64,000 nt of DNA, taken from positions 38,788-102,787 of the forward strand of contig CAVQVO010000009.1 of NCBI GenBank assembly GCA_963717115.1. The letters are read 5' to 3'. The notes beneath the pieces were generated by a model that was given only the letters and a program-made list of their open reading frames with translations, was not told the origin of the DNA and ran no database searches. Made by a program: the position numbers and the translations under genes. Each line of letters starts with the position of its first letter. Positions within the stretch are counted from its first letter, which is position 1. Positions 10,488 to 19,564 of the stretch are shown here, piece by piece. This DNA is from an uncultured Acidimicrobiales bacterium (GTDB lineage: Bacteria > Actinomycetota > Acidimicrobiia > Acidimicrobiales > SZUA-35).

Positions 10488-13400
10488 ATGACTGCCGAGA
10501 CCCCGCTCCCCGAACTCCCGACCGCCTACGCGCCCGCCGAGACCGAGCCCGAGGTCCTGGCCAGGTGGGATGCCGCCGGCGTCTTCCACGTCGAGGAGCC
10601 CGCCGATCCCGACGAGCCGACCTACTCGATCGTCATCCCCCCGCCCAACGTCACCGCCGCCCTGCACCTCGGCCACGCCCTCAACAACACGCTCCAGGAC
10701 GTGCTCATCCGTTACCACCGCATGCTCGGGATGCCGACGCTGTGGATGCCGGGCACCGATCACGCCGGGATCGCCACCCAGACCGTGGTCGAGAAGCGCC
10801 TTCTCGGCGAGGGCATCCGCCGCCTCGACATGGGCCGCGAGGCGTTCGTCGCCAAGACCCAGTCGTGGAAGGACGAGTACGAGGAGGTCATCCTCGGACA
10901 GCTCCGGGAGATGGGCGCCTCGTGCGACTTCGACCGCACCCGGTTCACGATGGACGACATCTGCGCCACCGCCGTCCGCCACGCCTTCTTCGTGCTCTTC
11001 GCCGACGGCCTCGTCTACCGGGGCAAGCGACTGGTCAACTGGGATCCGGTCACCCGCACCGCCCTGTCCGACGACGAGGTCGAGATGGAGGAGGTGGCAG
11101 GCCACATGTGGTACCTCCGCTATCCCCTCACCGACGGTTCGGGCCACGTCACGGTGGCCACCACCCGGCCCGAGACCATGTTCGGCGACACCGCCGTCGC
11201 CCTCAACCCGGCCGATCCCCGGGCCGAGGCGCTCCGGGGCAAGACCGTCACCCTGCCGATCGTCGGTCGGGTCATCCCGATCGTCGAGGACGACTACGTC
11301 GTCATGGCCGACCCCGACGGCGACACCAAGGCCCAGTTCGCGACCGGCTTCTTGAAGGTCACCCCGGCCCACGACCCCAACGACTACGAGATCGGGCGAC
11401 GCCACGACCTGCCGGTCGTCAACGTGATGGGTCCCGACGCATCGATCTCCGAACAGCACGGCTGGGACGACATCGATCGGTGGGGTCGGCGCGACGAGGT
11501 GGCCCCCTTTCTCGGCGCGAGCCGGGAAGACGCCCGGACCGCGGTGGTGGAGTGGTTCCGGGCCAACGACCTCCTCGACGACATCCGCGACTACGCCCAT
11601 TCGGTCGGTCACTCCTATCGCAGTCACGTCCCGATCGAGCCGTGGCTCTCCGACCAGTGGTACGTGGCGGTCACCGACGACCGGCTGCGGGGCAGTGCCC
11701 TGCGGGCGCAGGTCCCCGACCAGATCGGCGACCTGCCCGATGGGGTCTCACCCCGGTCGGACACCACCGGCGACGGCGAACTCCGCTTCTACCCGGAGCG
11801 TTACGCCAGGACCTACCACGCCTGGCACGACAACATCCGCGACTGGTGCGTCTCCCGGCAGCTGTGGTGGGGCCACCAGATCCCGGTGTGGAATCGCCTG
11901 ACGGCGACACCCGACCTGCATCCGTCGGTCGCCGCCGCGCTCGCCGGCGCCGGTCTCGACCAGGCCGTGCCGGTCGGTGGCCGCTGGGCCGAGGCCGGTT
12001 GTGCCCACCTCGCCCGTCGGATCACCGACGACGAGGTCGAAGAGAGCGTCTGCGTCCCGCCCGAGGCCACGCTGCGCCGTTCGGATCGGGCCAACGTCGA
12101 GCACGACGAGGCCGGGCTCATCGCCGCGCTCGAAGCCGAGGGATACGTTCGGGATCCCGACGTACTCGACACCTGGTTCTCGTCGGCGTTGTGGCCGATG
12201 TCCACCATGGGCTGGCCCTGGCCCGAGGACTTCCCCGAGACCGAAGGCCTCCTCGACGCCTTCAACCCCACCTCGGTCCTCACCACGGCCCGCGAGATCA
12301 TCACGCTCTGGGTCAGCCGGATGGTCATGTTCAACCGCTACTTCCTGAACGGGCAGCTGCCGTTCCGCGACGTGTTCATCCACGCCATGATCCAGGACGG
12401 TCACGGCCAGAAGATGTCGAAGACGCTCGGCAACGGTGTCGATCCGCGCGACATCATCCACAGCCACGGAGCCGACGCCATGCGGTTCACGCTCGTGCAG
12501 ATGACCACCGACACCCAGGACGTCCGCATGCCGGTCGACATGGTCTGCCCCCACTCGGGCCAGGCCTTCACCCCGACCTTCGTCACCACCCCGGCCGGGC
12601 ACACCGTCGCCGCGGCGATCCAGACCTCACCGTCGGATCCCGCCAAGACGATGGTGTCGGCCTTCGGGGCGGCCACCGGCGTCGCCGAACCGGGTCCCGA
12701 CCAGCCACTCGCCCGCAACACCTCGGCCAAGTTCGACGTCGGGCGCAACTTCGCCAACAAGATCTGGAACGCCACCCGGTTCGCCCTGCGCCGCCTCGAC
12801 GACACCACTCCCCCGCCCGAGCCGGTCGCCCCGGAGTCGCTCCGCCTGGCCGACCGTTGGATCCTGGCCCGACTGGGCGAGACCCTCGCCTCGGCCGAGG
12901 GCCACCTCGCCGGCTACCAGTTCAACTGGTTCGCCGACTCGCTCTACGACTTCGTCTGGCGCGACGTCTGCGATCGCTATCTCGAAGCGGTCAAGCCGAC
13001 CATCGACGACGACCCCGCCCAGCAGGTCGTGCTCGGCGCCGTGCTCGACGCCGTGCTGCGGGTGATGCACCCGGTCATGCCGTTCGTCACCGAGGCGCTC
13101 TGGCCGCACGTGTCGGGGGCCCGTTCCGGCTCGATCGCGGGCGTCGAACTCCCGGCCGCTTCCCTCCTGGCCGGGGCCGCCTGGCCGGTGCTCGACCCGA
13201 GCGTCATCGACGCCGGGGTGCTGGCCGATTTCGAGCGGGCCGACCTGCTCGTCTCCCAGATCCGCTCGCTGCGGGCGGCGCAGGGCGTCAAGCCCAGGCA
13301 GCGCATCTCCCTCCATGCGCCCCAGCCGGTGCTCGATCTCGTCGCCCGCGCCGAGGGCTACGTCGAGGCACTGGCCGGGGTCGGCGCGGTCACCCCGCTC

Positions 13401-13685
13401 GAGGAGCGGGCGCCGGTCGCCAGCCCCATCGCCTTCGAGGGCGAGCAGGTGCTGCTGTCGGGCCTGACCGACGAGATCGATCTCGACGCCGAACGGGCCC
13501 GCCTGACCAAGACCATCGACGCCAAGTCGACCCAGATCAAGGGCTTCGAGGGCAAGCTCGGCAACGCCGGCTACGTCGACAACGCCAAGCCCGAACTCGT
13601 CGCCGAGACCCGGGATCGCCTGGCCGCGGCCCAAGCCGACCTGGCGGCGGCGCAGTCGGCCCTCGCCGCCCTGCCGGCCCGGTGA
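10488..13685 (+). CDS. valS: Valine--tRNA ligase (long, with insertions and a C-terminal coiled coil)
   Basis: PPPNVTAALHLGHA, GTDHAGIATQ, ATTRPET, DWCVSRQLWWGH, DVLDTWFSS, KMSKTLGN. Confidence 0.96.
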   Translation: MTAETPLPELPTAYAPAETEPEVLARWDAAGVFHVEEPADPDEPTYSIVIPPPNVTAALHLGHALNNTLQDVLIRYHRMLGMPTLWMPGTDHAGIATQTVVEKRLLGEGIRRLDMGREAFVAKTQSWKDEYEEVILGQLREMGASCDFDRTRFTMDDICATAVRHAFFVLFADGLVYRGKRLVNWDPVTRTALSDDEVEMEEVAGHMWYLRYPLTDGSGHVTVATTRPETMFGDTAVALNPADPRAEALRGKTVTLPIVGRVIPIVEDDYVVMADPDGDTKAQFATGFLKVTPAHDPNDYEIGRRHDLPVVNVMGPDASISEQHGWDDIDRWGRRDEVAPFLGASREDARTAVVEWFRANDLLDDIRDYAHSVGHSYRSHVPIEPWLSDQWYVAVTDDRLRGSALRAQVPDQIGDLPDGVSPRSDTTGDGELRFYPERYARTYHAWHDNIRDWCVSRQLWWGHQIPVWNRLTATPDLHPSVAAALAGAGLDQAVPVGGRWAEAGCAHLARRITDDEVEESVCVPPEATLRRSDRANVEHDEAGLIAALEAEGYVRDPDVLDTWFSSALWPMSTMGWPWPEDFPETEGLLDAFNPTSVLTTAREIITLWVSRMVMFNRYFLNGQLPFRDVFIHAMIQDGHGQKMSKTLGNGVDPRDIIHSHGADAMRFTLVQMTTDTQDVRMPVDMVCPHSGQAFTPTFVTTPAGHTVAAAIQTSPSDPAKTMVSAFGAATGVAEPGPDQPLARNTSAKFDVGRNFANKIWNATRFALRRLDDTTPPPEPVAPESLRLADRWILARLGETLASAEGHLAGYQFNWFADSLYDFVWRDVCDRYLEAVKPTIDDDPAQQVVLGAVLDAVLRVMHPVMPFVTEALWPHVSGARSGSIAGVELPAASLLAGAAWPVLDPSVIDAGVLADFERADLLVSQIRSLRAAQGVKPRQRISLHAPQPVLDLVARAEGYVEALAGVGAVTPLEERAPVASPIAFEGEQVLLSGLTDEIDLDAERARLTKTIDAKSTQIKGFEGKLGNAGYVDNAKPELVAETRDRLAAAQADLAAAQSALAALPAR

Positions 13686-14956
13686 GTCGGATGTCCGGAA
13701 GCCCGTCCCCCACCACGCCGGCGCCTGCGACCGAACTCGGACTCGACGGTCAGAGCATCCTGGTGCGCATCTCGGGCCCCGATCGACCGGGCATCACGGC
13801 GGGTCTCATGGACGTCCTGGCCGTCGCCGACGCCGAACTGCAGGACGTCGAGCAGATCCTGATCCGGGGCCAGCTCGCCCTCAGCCTCGTGGTCACCATC
13901 CCGGCCGGCAAGGATCTGCTCAAGGAGCTGCTGCTCTTCGGTTGGGAACACCGGGTCGAGGTCGGCTTCGACGTCGTGACCGAGAGCTCGCACCGCCCGG
14001 CCCGCGGGCTCATCGTCACCCTGATCGCCCCGCTGGTCCATCCCGCCGAGTTCGGCGCCGTGGCCTCGGTCATCTCCGCCAACGGCGGCAACATCGACCG
14101 GATCGTCCGTCTGGCCAAGTACCCGGTGATGGCCTACGAGCTCGTCGTCTCGGCGGCGGTGGCCAACGACGAGACCGCCGGAACCGACCGGCACGACCAG
14201 GCCATCGAAGCCATCCGCGACGGCCTGCTCACCGTGGCCAAGGACCTCGTGTGCGATCTCGCCGTCCATCGCGAAGGCCTGGGCCGCCGGGCCGCCCGGC
14301 TCGTCGTCCTCGATGTCGACTCCACCCTGATCTCCGACGAGGTCATCGAACTCATCGCCGACGAAGTGGGGTGTCGCGACGACGTCGCGGCGATCACCGA
14401 ACGGGCGATGCTGGGCGAGATCGACTTCGCCGAGTCGCTCCACGAACGAGTGGCGCTGCTGGCCGGCCTCGAGGCGTCTCGTCTCGACGCCGTGCGGGGT
14501 CGGATCCGGCTCACCCCGGGGGCCCGGACGTTCATCCGCACCCTGAAGCGGCTCGGCTACCGGACCGCCATCGTCTCGGGAGGCTTCACCGTCGTGACCG
14601 ATGTCCTGGCGGCCGAGCTGGGCATCGACCACAGTCACGCCAACGTGCTCGAGATCGTCGACGGTCGACTCACCGGCCGGGTGCTCGGCGACGTGGTCGA
14701 CCGGGCGGCCAAGGCCGACTTCGTCCGCGAGCTGGCGGCGGCCGAGGGCATCCCGCTCGATCAGGTGGTGGCGGTCGGCGACGGCGCCAACGATCTCGAC
14801 ATGCTCAGTGCCGCCGGGCTCGGCATCGCCTTCAACGCCAAGCCGATCGTCGCCGACTCCGCCGACACCTCGGTCAACGTCCCCTTCCTCGACGCCATCC
14901 TGTTCGTGCTCGGGATCAGCCGGGAAGAGATCGAGGCGGCCGACACCGTCGGATGA
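13682..14956 (+). CDS. serB: Phosphoserine phosphatase SerB with ACT domains
   Basis: GPDRPGIT (ACT), DVDSTL, SGGF, GDGANDLDML. GTG start overlaps the valS stop (alternative ATG at 13691). Confidence 0.93.
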   Translation: MSRMSGSPSPTTPAPATELGLDGQSILVRISGPDRPGITAGLMDVLAVADAELQDVEQILIRGQLALSLVVTIPAGKDLLKELLLFGWEHRVEVGFDVVTESSHRPARGLIVTLIAPLVHPAEFGAVASVISANGGNIDRIVRLAKYPVMAYELVVSAAVANDETAGTDRHDQAIEAIRDGLLTVAKDLVCDLAVHREGLGRRAARLVVLDVDSTLISDEVIELIADEVGCRDDVAAITERAMLGEIDFAESLHERVALLAGLEASRLDAVRGRIRLTPGARTFIRTLKRLGYRTAIVSGGFTVVTDVLAAELGIDHSHANVLEIVDGRLTGRVLGDVVDRAAKADFVRELAAAEGIPLDQVVAVGDGANDLDMLSAAGLGIAFNAKPIVADSADTSVNVPFLDAILFVLGISREEIEAADTVG

Positions 14957-15001
14957 CCCGCCCGATCGGTCGCCCCGGGTCAGGGGTCCCAGGGTCCGGG
15001 T

Positions 15002-15994
15002 TCAGGCGAGCTGCCAGGTCGCGATCAGGGACGGGTCGCCGTCGACAGGCGTCGCACGACCCTCCTTGTGGAGCGCGAGCAGGTGGGAATACACCGAGTT
15101 CGCGGCGGCTCGCCACAGTTGTTTGGTGGTGTCGGCGTACATCGAGGGGACCAGGTCCTTGATGGTCGAGGGGCCCTCGGTCAGGGCGGCAACGATCTGG
15201 TTCTCGCGCCCCCGGCGGTGGTCGATGAACGACTGCACGTAGACCTGAGGCTCCTCGATGGCGGGACCGTGGGTGGGCCAGTAGCGGACATCGGGCCGGT
15301 CGAGCAGCTTGTGGAGGCTGGCCAGGTAGTCGAACAGGTCGCCATCGGGTGGTGAGATGACCGAGGTCGCCCATCCCATCACGTGGTCCCCGGTGAACAG
15401 CACCCGCTCGTCGACCAGTCCGAAACACACGTGGTTCGACGTGTGACCCGGCGTGTGCACGACCTCGATGGTCCAGCTGCCGTCGTCGGCGGTGATCCGA
15501 TCCCCGTCGGCGACGGCCACGTCGGGGACGAAGTCGGTGTCGGGACCCTCCCGCTTGAGTTCCTCGGGCATGTCGGCCCACTGCTTCTCGATGGTCTCCT
15601 TCTCCTCGGCGGTGAAGTACTCGTCGAACGTGATGGCCTCGAGTGGGTCGTGGTCGGGAACCGGACCGTGGGGACCGAACCCGTGGGTGACGGCACCGGT
15701 GCGGGCCTGGAGCTTGGCCACCCCGGCGGTGTGGTCGGTGTGGGTGTGGGTCACGAGGATCTTGGTGATGCGTTCGTCGGGACCGAGCGCCGCCATCACC
15801 GCATCGAGGTGTTCGTCGAGGGTGGGGCCCGGATCGATGACCGCGACCTCGCCCCGACCGACGAGGTACACCCCCGTGCCCTTGAAGGTGAACGGGTTGG
15901 GGTTCGGAGCGACGACTCGTCGGATCAGCGGCGACAACTCGCTGACGGCGCCGTAGTCGGGCTCGAAGTCTCGGTTGAAGGCAGGTCCGGCCAT
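15002..15994 (-). CDS. MBL-fold metallo-hydrolase with C-terminal winged helix (LACTB2-like)
   Basis: APNPNPFTFKGT, THTHTDH, HTPGHTSNH, FTGDHVMGW, PTHG. Confidence 0.9.
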   Translation of the reverse strand: MAGPAFNRDFEPDYGAVSELSPLIRRVVAPNPNPFTFKGTGVYLVGRGEVAVIDPGPTLDEHLDAVMAALGPDERITKILVTHTHTDHTAGVAKLQARTGAVTHGFGPHGPVPDHDPLEAITFDEYFTAEEKETIEKQWADMPEELKREGPDTDFVPDVAVADGDRITADDGSWTIEVVHTPGHTSNHVCFGLVDERVLFTGDHVMGWATSVISPPDGDLFDYLASLHKLLDRPDVRYWPTHGPAIEEPQVYVQSFIDHRRGRENQIVAALTEGPSTIKDLVPSMYADTTKQLWRAAANSVYSHLLALHKEGRATPVDGDPSLIATWQLA

Positions 15995-16020
15995 CGCCGG
16001 ACCCTAGCCCGCCCCACCCA

Positions 16021-16141
16021 CCCACTCCGAACTGCGGAGCCCCCGTCCGTTCCCGAACAACCGAGGAGCCTCCGTACGGAGCGACGCACGCCCGCTCCTC
16101 GGTTCGCTGGGGTGCGACGGTGGCTCCTCGGTTCGGGTGGG
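16021..16141. repeat. Nested inverted-repeat (long hairpin) intergenic element, copy 1
   Basis: Outer arms CCGAACTGCGGAGCCCCCGTC / GACGGTGGCTCCTCGGTTCGG and inner arms AACCGAGGAGC / GCTCCTCGGTT; aligns with 61447-61578. Confidence 0.8.
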
Positions 16142-16182
16142 GGCGGTACCGGCGGGGCGGTACGGGCGGGGCGGGGCGGGGG

Positions 16183-16644
16183 TCAGGTGGGAGGGCGGAG
16201 GGACTCGAGCGCCTGCATGATCCAGGCCGGTGGGCGAACCGGTCGGCCGGCGGTGTCGGTGATGGCGGCGGTCACCGTGGCCTCGATCATCACCTCGTCG
16301 CCCCGCAGGATGCGCTGGCGCCAGGTCGAGGTGGCCCGACTGGTGCGCTCGAGGCTGGTCTCGACCACGAGCACGTCACCCATCTCGGCGGCTCGCCGAT
16401 ACCGGACCCCGAGCTCGACCACCACGAACTGGAAGCCGGCGGCGGCGACCGTCCGCAGCGGCAGGCCGATGGCGTCGAGCGCCTCGGCCCGGGCCACCTC
16501 GAGGTACCCCACGTACGCCGCATGGTTCACGTGGGCGTAGGGATCGAGCTCGGCCCAGCGAACGGCGATCGTGGCCCGATGGGGGGCGGTGAAGTCGGCC
16601 ACGATGCGCGCCCCCGCGCCGTCGGTGGCCGGGCGATCAGGCAC
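16183..16644 (-). CDS. Acyl-CoA thioesterase, YbgC/4-HBT hot-dog family
   Basis: VRWAELDPYAHVNHAAYVGYLEVAR. GTG at 16644 overlaps the selD stop; alternative start at 16602. Confidence 0.88.
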   Translation of the reverse strand: MPDRPATDGAGARIVADFTAPHRATIAVRWAELDPYAHVNHAAYVGYLEVARAEALDAIGLPLRTVAAAGFQFVVVELGVRYRRAAEMGDVLVVETSLERTSRATSTWRQRILRGDEVMIEATVTAAITDTAGRPVRPPAWIMQALESLRPPT

Positions 16645-17684
16645 GGAGGTGCAGGATCCCGGCGTCGTGCGGATCGGTCGCCGGGGTGGTGGTCCCGATG
16701 TGCGCCGCCTGATGACCCGAGCCGGCCAGTTCGGCCAGCACCGACTCGACCCGGGCGGGATCGACCCCGAAGACGAGGCCACCCGAGGTCTGGGCATCGG
16801 CGAGCAGCAGGACCGAGAGATCGTCGAGCTCGCCCCGATCGACCTGCGCCTCGAGCGAGGCCAGGTTGCGCCTCGACCCACCGGGAACGAACCCGGCCCC
16901 GGCCAGTTCCCGGACTCCGTCGATGAAGGGCACGGACCCGAACGACAGCTCGACGTCGACCCCGGACTCCTTGGCCGCCCGTCCGAGATGGCCGATCAGG
17001 CCGAACCCGGTCACGTCGGTGCCACCGGTGGCGCCGGCGGCGAGGGCGATGCGGCTCGCGTCGGCGTTGAGACGCGTCATCTGGGCGATCGCCGGCGGCG
17101 ACGAGACCCTCGGGCGCCTGCCCGGCCTTGATGGCGGTGGAGATCACGCCGATCCCGAGGGGCTTGGTGAGGATCAGCGCCTGGCCGGGTCGGAGCCCGG
17201 CGTTGGTGATCAGCCGGTCGGGGTGGGCCTCGCCGAGCACCGCGAGACCGAACTTGGGTTCGGGATCGTCGACGGTGTGTCCGCCGACGAGGAAGAAGCC
17301 ACCCTCGGCCGCGACCTCGGCCGCCCCTTCGAGCACGTCGCCCAGCAGGTCGGCGGCGAGTTCGTCGGTGTTCCACCCCACGAGGTTGAGGGCGATGAGC
17401 GGGCGACCTCCCATGGCGTAGACGTCGGACACGGCGTTGCACGCGGCGATCCGACCCCAGGTCTTCGCATCGTCGACGACGGGGGTGATGAAATCGGCGG
17501 TGAAGACGAGCGCGCGGTCGGCGTCGAGGCGCCACACGGCAGCGTCGTCGCCGGTGGTGGCGTCGACGAGGATGCGGTCGTCATCGTTCGGGGTGAGACG
17601 GCCCAGCACGTGGGCCAGCTCGCTCGGGGCGAGCTTGCAGGCTCAACCGGCGCCGTGGCTGAACTCGGTGAGTCGACGAACCAT
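16637..17684 (-). CDS. selD: Selenide, water dikinase SelD, selenocysteine-containing (UGA at 17645-17643), with one frameshift near 17094
   Basis: ATG at 17684 reads MVRRLTEFSHGAG-UGA-ACKLAP, then DDAAVW, TADFITPVVDD, NAVSDVYAMGG, GGHT, LTKPLG; after the shift, TDVTGFGL and DAQTSGGL. Confidence 0.93.
17614..17642 (-). promoter_or_regulatory. Candidate bacterial SECIS hairpin
   Basis: Immediately 3' of the UGA: GCC-TGCA-AGCTCGC-(CCCGA)-GCGAGCT-GGC, a 7-bp upper stem with a G-containing loop. Confidence 0.6.
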
Positions 17685-17805
17685 GTGGCAACACCCCCTC
17701 TCGCGACCTCGGTGGTGCGGAACGACGGACGAAACGCTGGGCGGCAACCTACCGTGACAACCACCCGGCGACGAACACCCCGAACCGATCAGTGAGGACC
17801 ACCGC

Positions 17806-18564
17806 ATGCCGAGCACCGAAGCCGTCTCCTTCATCGGATCCCAGGGCCAACCGCTGGTCGGCATGCTCCACCGTCCGGACGGACCGACGCGGGGCAGCGT
17901 GCTGCTGGCCCACTGCTTCACGTGCTCCAAGGACATCCACACCCTGACCCGGTTGGCCAAGGGCCTGGCCGACGCCGGCTTCGCCGCACTCCGCTTCGAC
18001 TTCACCGGACTCGGGGACTCGGGGGGCGACTTCGGGGCAACGCACGTCAGCGCCAACGTCTCGGATCTCACCCGGGCGGCGTTCTCGCTGATCGAGATGG
18101 GCTTCGGACCGTGCGGCCTGATCGGGCACAGTCTCGGCGGCGCCGCCGCGATCCTGTCGGCCGATCGGCTCAAGACGGTCCGTTGGATCGTGACGATCGG
18201 CGCGCCGAGCTCGGTCGAGCACGTCACCCACCTCTTCGCCGATCGCCTCGCCGACATCGAGGCCGCCGGGTGCGCGCCGGTGACCATCGCCGGCCGCACC
18301 TTCGACCTGGACCGGGGGTTCCTCGACGACCTCACCAACCACGACGTCCTCCAGGCGGTTGCCGAACTCGATCGTCCCTACCTCGTCGTGCACGCCCGGG
18401 ACGACGAGGTCGTCGGCTTCGACCAGGGCCAGACCCTCTTCGCCGCCGCCGCCGAACCCAAGGCGTTCCTCGCCCTCGAGACCGGCGGGCACCTGCTCGG
18501 TCCGCGAGCCGCCGCCGAGCAGGCCCTCGCCGGCATCGTGGCCTGGCTCGACACCGTGGCCTGA
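17806..18564 (+). CDS. Alpha/beta hydrolase (type often fused to OsmC)
   Basis: AHCFTCSKD, LRFDFTGLGDS, GHSLGG, VHARDD, GGHLL. Confidence 0.88.
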   Translation: MPSTEAVSFIGSQGQPLVGMLHRPDGPTRGSVLLAHCFTCSKDIHTLTRLAKGLADAGFAALRFDFTGLGDSGGDFGATHVSANVSDLTRAAFSLIEMGFGPCGLIGHSLGGAAAILSADRLKTVRWIVTIGAPSSVEHVTHLFADRLADIEAAGCAPVTIAGRTFDLDRGFLDDLTNHDVLQAVAELDRPYLVVHARDDEVVGFDQGQTLFAAAAEPKAFLALETGGHLLGPRAAAEQALAGIVAWLDTVA

Positions 18565-18583
18565 GTCAGCGGACCGCCGCCGG

Positions 18584-19558
18584 TCACGAGAGTGCGGCAA
18601 CGGCCGCGGCGACGTCGGCGGCCGAACGGATCAGGCGCCGGCCCGGGCGGTCGTGGCCTTCGTCGTCGACGAACACCCGGTCGAGGGTGGTGAGCGCCCC
18701 CGAATCGGCCCACCAACCCTGTTGGTCGGGCGGATCGAGGAACACCATCGGCGAAGGGCCGCCGAAGGTCACGTATGCGTTCTGGGCCGCGTCCTGGAAG
18801 ACCTCCTGCATCGTGCCGGGCCCGCCGGGGACGTAGACGATCCCGGCCGTGGCGATGGCCAGCAGCCCCGCCTCGCGCTCGGAGTTCGAGAAGTACTTGG
18901 CGATGTGCGAGGCGAACGGGTTGGACGGCTCGTGGCCATAGAACCACGTCGGCACCGAAAGCGACGGAGCGAGGGCACCGACCTCCTCGACGATCGTCGA
19001 CGCCACGTCGAGGGCGACGGTGACGAAGGCGTCGGGATCCTCGGCGAACGTCGCGACGGTGGCGAGACGATCGACCAGCGAACCGACCGCCGCCCGGTCG
19101 AGCTCCACCGTTGCGGCCCCCAGGTTGGCGGCCTCCATCGCTCCGGGCCCTCCCCCGGTCACCACGCAGAAGCCTTCCCCGGTCAGCGTCCGACCCAGTT
19201 CGACGACCGATCGGTACGTGCTCGATCCCCGTTCCATGGCGTGCCCACCCATGACACCGACCAGCCGCCGTCCGTCCCGGAACGACGACAGCGCCAGGCT
19301 GATCCCGTGATCGTGCAGGCGCTGGGTCAGCTCCTCGACCGGATGGAGCAACGGTCGCCGGGCGATCCCGGCCCTTCGATAGATCATCTGGTCGACGGTG
19401 TGCTCGAAACCCCGTTCGATGCCGGCATAGAGATCGGCTGCTCGGTAGAGCCGCTCGGGCGTGGGGTCGTACGGCAGATCGCCGAGCTCACGTCGGAGAT
19501 GACCCACCAGGCCATCGACCTGCGACCTCCAGAGCACGTCGTCGTGGTCGGCGCCCAC
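18584..19558 (-). CDS. LOG/SLOG-family Rossmann-fold nucleotide-binding protein
   Basis: MGGH, TGGGPGAMEAANLGA, PTWFYGHEP, PGGPGTMQEVFQD. Confidence 0.85.
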   Translation of the reverse strand: MGADHDDVLWRSQVDGLVGHLRRELGDLPYDPTPERLYRAADLYAGIERGFEHTVDQMIYRRAGIARRPLLHPVEELTQRLHDHGISLALSSFRDGRRLVGVMGGHAMERGSSTYRSVVELGRTLTGEGFCVVTGGGPGAMEAANLGAATVELDRAAVGSLVDRLATVATFAEDPDAFVTVALDVASTIVEEVGALAPSLSVPTWFYGHEPSNPFASHIAKYFSNSEREAGLLAIATAGIVYVPGGPGTMQEVFQDAAQNAYVTFGGPSPMVFLDPPDQQGWWADSGALTTLDRVFVDDEGHDRPGRRLIRSAADVAAAVAALS

Positions 19559-19564
19559 GAGTCC

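Noticed and set aside
9488-13681. 1822-aa ORF and similar very long alternative-frame or antisense ORFs (1471-4899, 28691-31309, 36164-39652)
   Set aside because: These are shadow frames caused by stop-codon scarcity in GC-rich DNA; only the serB end and an internal putA segment are real coding sequence.
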